The notes under the pieces are model-generated. The model did no database searches. It saw nothing but the letters and a program-made list of their open reading frames with translations, and was not told where the DNA came from. Shown here piece after piece: positions 15,133 through 19,852 of a stretch of 19,852 nt of DNA (the first letter of the stretch is position 1; each line of letters starts with the position of its first letter). Source of the stretch: Chthoniobacteraceae bacterium (GTDB lineage Bacteria > Verrucomicrobiota > Verrucomicrobiia > Chthoniobacterales > Chthoniobacteraceae). The stretch spans positions 1 to 19,852 of the forward strand of contig JANNXQ010000296.1 in assembly GCA_031409655.1 (NCBI GenBank). Reading direction: 5' to 3'. Both the position numbers and the translations under genes were made by a program.

Positions 15133-17946
15133 ATGAACACCTCGAATTCACTCCACGCGACCGGGCTCATTCGTCGGCTCGGCGCTCTCATTTTCTTTGC
15201 GGCCTTGATCGGCTCCGGCTTCCGCGCCGGCGCGCAAGGCTCGCTGCTCTGGTATTCAGGGCCGGACCTGCCTTCGCCGCGGGCCGAGGCCGTGGCCGTG
15301 CTCGCGCCGGACAATGCGGTGATCCTGCTGGGTGGGGTCAGTCCGTCCGGTGCGACCGTCGTGCCGAAACTTTCGACCGGCGCCGCGGCATGGACGACGG
15401 CTCAGGCTCTCGATTCCACTCGTATGTCGCCCGGAGTGGCGCGTTTCGGCGCCGATGGGATTCTGGTCTTTGGCGGCAGTAAGAACCTCGGCGCAGGCAC
15501 GGATGAGGCGCTGCTTTACGATTACTGGCAGGGCGACAGTCAGGATGCCGCGAAGATGAGCACGGTGCGGCAGCAGTTTGGCTTCGCGGCCGATGCGAAC
15601 GGAAACGCGTATGCGATCGGCGGGCTCGGTGAGGAAAGCGAGTTGCTGGCGTCGGCGGAGCGCTATGACCCGGTCGCGGATTCATGGGTTGCGCTACCTC
15701 CGCTGCCCTCGGCCCGGCAAGGCGCAGTCGGCGTCGCGGTGGGAAACACGCATGTCTATGTGATGGGTGGAGCGGTGGGCGGCTCGATTTTTGCCAGCAC
15801 TTATTGCTACAGCATCGCGCAGGGTTCGTGGCAGCAAATGGCGGCCATGCCGGTGGCTGTAAAAAACAGTGCCGCCGTGTTGTCGGAGGGAAGAATCTAT
15901 GTGCTCGGCGGAGTCTCCGCCACGGGCCGGGTGGCCACGGTTCAAGTCTTCGACATTGCGGGGGCCACATGGTCAACGACCACGGATTTGCCGGCGGCGC
16001 GCTCTTCCCACGCGGCGGTGCTGCGGGCTGACGCCCGGATCCTCGTGGCGGGAGGTTATGATGCGTCGGGCAATGCCTCGGCGTCGGTTTTCCAAACGCA
16101 AATCCTCAACCTGCCGGATGCGGCGCCGGTGATCACCTCGGCCGCCGTCACCGCCGCTGCGCTGGATGTGGCTTACACTTGCGATGTCAACGCGACGGGA
16201 CATCCGGCGGCGACTTTCTCCCTCGTGGCGGCTCCCGCAGGGATGACGGTCGATGCCGCCACGGGAGTGATCTCGTGGGTGCCGGTGTTCGGGCAGCAGG
16301 GCAGCCATGCAGTGATCGTCCGGGCCTCCAACCGCGCCGGGCAGGCGGAGCAGGCATTCGCCATCGCGGTCATGGGCGACACCCTGCCGGTCATCACCTC
16401 CGCAGCCGTCACCAGCGCCTCGCTGGACCGGGCCTACAGCTACGATGTGAACGCGACCGGGAGTCCCGTCCCGACTTACTCCCTCGTGTCCGCTCCGGCT
16501 GGGATGACCATTCATGCCATCACCGGATTGATCTCGTGGCAGCCAGCGCCGGGGCAGCAGGGCAGCCAGCCTGTCACCGTCCGAGCCGCCCATCGCTCCG
16601 GGCAGGCGGATCAAACCTTCAACATCACCGTGGTGACCGACACCTTCGCGCCGACTCCGCCCACCGAGGTCCACGTCGTCGATGTCACCGCCACATCCGT
16701 GACGCTCGCGTGGAGTGGCGCGACAGATGCGACGGGCGTGGACCACTTCGCCGTGTATCGGCAATACCGTTGCGGCTGGCGTGGCAGCAAACGGTGCTAT
16801 GCGCTCGTGCAGGGGAATATCTTCGCCGACACGGTCACCATCTCCGGCCTGCCGCCGCTCACCTCCTACACCTAGGCCGTGCGGACTTTCGATGCGGCCG
16901 GAAATCAATCGCCGAATTCTCCGCTCGTCTCCTTCAAGACGCTCTCGCCGCCCGTGTCCTTCCGTTATACGGGAGCGACGAGTCTGCCCGCGAACTTCCC
17001 GTTGCAACTTCAGTTCTGGGTGAATGCGAATCCCGCGGCCACCTTCTCCATCCTCTCCGGTCCCGCGGGCCTCACCGTCGATCCGGCGACGGGCGTGGCG
17101 AGTTGGATGCCATCGCCCGCCGACGTCGGGACGCACACGCTGGTGATGCGAGCGACCAATACCGGCGGCAGCGCCGACCTTTCCGTGAACCTCACCGTGC
17201 GCGCCGACGTGCCGGTGCTCTCCGTGCAATTTGTGCAAGGGGCGGGCGGGTTTCGCGACGCCGTCGCCGGCTCTCCGTGGGCCGCGCAGGTGCTCGACGC
17301 CAGCCACACGACTTCCACTTATGATATCGTCTCGGCTCCCCAGGGCATGACGATCGACGCGGGCACCGGCCAGCTCTCGTGGGTGCCCACGCCGGACGAC
17401 GCCGGCCTTCGTTCAGTGATGGTCCGCGCCACCAATGCGGCCAGCAGCACCGAGATCACCCTCGAGTTCTACGTTCATTTCACCGGACCGGTTTTGAACC
17501 TTCAAGTCACCGGCCTGACCGATCTCAACCCAACGGCCACCTGGTCTGCACCCGTCGGAATCGGAGCCGACCGCACCGCCGGCTACACCATCGTCGCCAC
17601 CGCGCGCTATCGTTACGGTCGCTCCTACCGCACGCACCGGGTCGCTTATGAAACGGACAGAGAAACCCCGACCGTCACCATGACCGGACTGGTCTCCGGG
17701 CGGACCTACACGCTTTATGTCAACGCGATCGACGAAGCCGACAATCGCGGCCTGCTCAACTCACCCGGCCTGCCCTTCATCCCGCGCCCCGCCCTGCCCA
17801 GCGTCGGCTGGACCATCGGCAATACCAACGGCAGCCCCGGGGTCGTCGCCGGCTACGACGCCGTGGTGCAATTCACCGAATCGAATCCCGCCTTCCACGC
17901 ACGATCAGCTCTTTCGCATCTCCACGCGCTGAAGTGCCGCACCTGA
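15133..17946 (+). pseudogene. Secreted Kelch-propeller / putative Ig / fibronectin type III surface protein, interrupted by an in-frame TAG (16873-16875) and probably 3'-truncated
   Basis: Kelch repeats (YAIGG, YVMGG, IYVLGG, LVAGG; ERYDP..DSW) and four Ig-like repeats (e.g. APAGMTVDAATGVISW). The FN3 strand reads TSYT*AVRTFDAAGNQS across the stop. ORFs 15070..16875 and 16879..17946 are in the same frame. Start is 15070 or 15133. Confidence 0.75.
16126..16647 (+). repeat. Intragenic tandem duplication of an Ig-like domain (261-nt period)
   Basis: ccggtgatcacctcggccgccgtcacc at 16126 versus ccggtcatcacctccgcagccgtcacc at 16387. Both units encode PVITSAAVT...DVNATG...APAGMT...ISW...GQQGS. Confidence 0.8.
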
Positions 17947-18074
17947 TTTTAGGGGTTCCTGAAAAAATTCGGGAAGTCGTGAGCCTCACCAATATTGGCG
18001 AGGTGTCATCAGGTTACGGATGGCAACAATAGGTATCAACATTGGCCTCTATACCTCGTCACTTCCTCCAGCTC

Positions 18075-18923
18075 ATGAACCGTTTCCTCATCCTGTTCAG
18101 TCTTCTCCTCATTACCTTGTCTTTGCAGGCGCAGGCTCCCGACCGAGCGACCTACAAGTCCCCCTACTCGATCAAGCTCTCTTTTGACGTGAAAGACCTC
18201 GTCGGTGATTTGGTTCAAGGCAAACGCGCCGACCCGAAGCAGCAATCCAGCGCGGACTTCAAGGACTGGTATGACGCGGCGAATCAACGTCGCTGGACCT
18301 ACTGGGGTCCACCTTCACGGCACTACCCAGCTCCCGCCGGACTCAGCGAAAAGAAGGCCCAGTGGAAGCGCCAGCGTGTGATCGCCGCCGGGATGACGAT
18401 GGTCGGAAAAGGCTATCAGCATCACCACATTCCAGATTGGGTCCCCCCCGCTGAATGGCCGAGTGAGCCCAACAAGAAGCGCCCCGTCGCCAAGGGGCTC
18501 AATTGCTCCAACTTCGTCTCTTTTGCCTACAACCTCGCTCTCGGCTTCAAGCTGCCCAGCGCCGTTGGCACGCTGGGCGCCATGACTGAAGCCCCCGGCC
18601 CCGGGGAAGGCCGCACCACGCCCGTTCAGCGCATCGAGCTTCCGAAAGACTACGCCGACTTCCCAAAAGCCCTGCGCACCGGCGACATCCTCTGCATGAA
18701 GAACAAAGAGGGCGATATCAGCCACGGCATCCTCTGGGTGGGTGAGATGGGCAAGTCACCAAACAAAGAACCCGTGATTCTCGACAGCACCGGCGACGCT
18801 GGCGTTGACGCGAATGGCAAGCAAATCCCCGACGGTATCTACCTCCGCGCCTTTCGCCCCACCGGCTTCTATTTCAAACAAGCGAGCCACGCCATTCGCG
18901 TGATCCCCGATGATGCGAAGTAA
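18075..18923 (+). CDS. Secreted NlpC/P60-like (papain-fold) cysteine hydrolase
   Basis: Signal peptide MNRFLILFSLLLITLSLQA. Catalytic Cys in GLNCSNFVSFAY and His in LRTGDILCM...ISHGILWVG. Confidence 0.7.
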   Translation: MNRFLILFSLLLITLSLQAQAPDRATYKSPYSIKLSFDVKDLVGDLVQGKRADPKQQSSADFKDWYDAANQRRWTYWGPPSRHYPAPAGLSEKKAQWKRQRVIAAGMTMVGKGYQHHHIPDWVPPAEWPSEPNKKRPVAKGLNCSNFVSFAYNLALGFKLPSAVGTLGAMTEAPGPGEGRTTPVQRIELPKDYADFPKALRTGDILCMKNKEGDISHGILWVGEMGKSPNKEPVILDSTGDAGVDANGKQIPDGIYLRAFRPTGFYFKQASHAIRVIPDDAK

Positions 18924-18939
18924 CCAAGCAACGACCTCA

Positions 18940-19695
18940 ATGAACTCCAAACGACGCCTCACTCTTCTCTTTCTGCTGTTCATACCCATGGGTCTCTTCG
19001 CTGCGGAGAAACCCATTCGCGTCGCCATCTTCGATGGCGATGGAGTTGGCCCGAGTGCCTTGCCATTGATCGCAGCCATCGAAGAAGCCAAAGAGCATCC
19101 GTTTCACATCTCCAGGATCACCGCGGCGGAGATTCAAAGCGGTAAGCTGGCCGATGTGGATGTCCTGGTGCATCCTGGTGGCAGCGGCGGCGGCCAGGGA
19201 AAGGCGCTCGGTGAAACGGGACGCAAAGCCGTGAGGGACTTCGTTCATCGCGGCGGCGGCTATCTCGGCGTCTGCGGCGGCGCTTATCTGGCGACGAACG
19301 ACTACGAATGGTCGTTGAACCTCATCGACGCCAAGGTCGTGGACAAACGCCACTGGGCGCGGGGTACCGGCGATGTGCAATTGCAGCTCTCGCCCGCCGG
19401 TGCCGCACTCTTCGGCCACACCGGAATCGATCTGACCATCCACTACGCGCAAGGCCCCTTGCTGGCACGCCCCGAGTGGGACAACCCCGACGTGCCGAAC
19501 TACGAAAGCCTCGCCATTTTCAAAACCGAGATCGCCCTGAAAGGCGCCCCTGAAGGCGTGATGGCGAGAACCTCAGCAGCCGTTCGCACTCAGTATGGAA
19601 CCGGCCGGGTCTTCTGCTTCAGCCCGCATCCCGAGTTGACCGATGGCCTGCATCACCTGGTCCCGCTCACGATCCGTTGGGTAGCGGGAAAGTAG
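18940..19695 (+). CDS. Secreted class I glutamine amidotransferase-like (BPL_N domain) protein
   Basis: Signal peptide. Motifs VAIFDGDGVG, LVHPGGSG, nucleophile elbow GGGYLGVCGGAY and FSPHPE (Cys-His-Glu triad). Confidence 0.78.
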   Translation: MNSKRRLTLLFLLFIPMGLFAAEKPIRVAIFDGDGVGPSALPLIAAIEEAKEHPFHISRITAAEIQSGKLADVDVLVHPGGSGGGQGKALGETGRKAVRDFVHRGGGYLGVCGGAYLATNDYEWSLNLIDAKVVDKRHWARGTGDVQLQLSPAGAALFGHTGIDLTIHYAQGPLLARPEWDNPDVPNYESLAIFKTEIALKGAPEGVMARTSAAVRTQYGTGRVFCFSPHPELTDGLHHLVPLTIRWVAGK

Positions 19696-19715
19696 CGACG
19701 GATTGCAATCACTAG

Positions 19716-19852
19716 GGAAACGCTGATTTAATCAGACGCGTGGGCAAAGGTCATGAGGAGGTGCGGGGTCGTAGAGGGATGGAAGCCCAACGGAGTTTCG
19801 CGCAGACCGAGTATAGCCGCAAAAAGAAGATCACCCGGCGGGAGAAGTTCCT
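19716..19852 (+). mobile_element. IS5-family (IS5 subgroup) insertion sequence, left end
   Basis: CTAG target (19712-19715) directly followed by the terminal-repeat-like GGAAACGCTGATTTAAT, then a transposase start. Confidence 0.8.
19779..19852 (+). CDS. IS5-family transposase, N-terminus (runs off the window)
   Basis: Translates MEAQRSFAQTEYSRKKKITRREKF, matching the IS5-subgroup N-terminus (Q.SF...EY..K.K.TRRE.FL). Not in the ORF track. Confidence 0.82.
   Translation, partial: MEAQRSFAQTEYSRKKKITRREKF

Noticed and set aside
16873..16900. Pyrrolysine or genetic-code reassignment explanation for the in-frame TAG
   Set aside because: Several genes in the window terminate at TAG, no pyl genes are visible, the downstream hairpin is weak, and the position corresponds to a structural Tyr.
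17950..19715. Integron cassette array for the two lower-GC genes
   Set aside because: No attC-like RYYYAAC...GTTRRRY palindromes between or after the genes; the spacer is only 16 nt.
1..19852. CRISPR arrays, tRNA or rRNA genes
   Set aside because: No regularly spaced repeats or recognisable structural RNA sequences were seen by eye. A covariance-model search was not possible.

Overview
High-GC bacterial window; the protein styles suggest Verrucomicrobiota/PVC (inference). Left part, minus strand: a proteasome-associated ARC/Mpa-type AAA ATPase, a DUF4142-like secreted protein, and a coupled pair of a blue-copper (cupredoxin)-LamG protein and a secreted beta-propeller oxidoreductase-like protein. 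Centre: a CusRS/CzcRS-like two-component pair, a SulP-STAS transporter, a secreted nine-CxxCH multiheme cytochrome c fused to an Ig-like domain and a PVC-type C-terminal domain, a secreted acidic Ig-domain protein, an atypical second OmpR-family regulator, and a Kelch/Ig/FN3 surface-protein gene broken by an in-frame TAG and apparently truncated. The most notable unannotated signal is the motif TATCT-N5-GTCA(T/C), found in the same orientation upstream of four plus-strand units (6037, 9891, 12348, 14960). It suggests an autoregulated regulon for an extracellular multiheme-cytochrome/surface-protein system. Right end: a lower-GC segment with secreted NlpC/P60-like and class I glutamine-amidotransferase-like (BPL_N) genes, then the left end of an IS5-family element.
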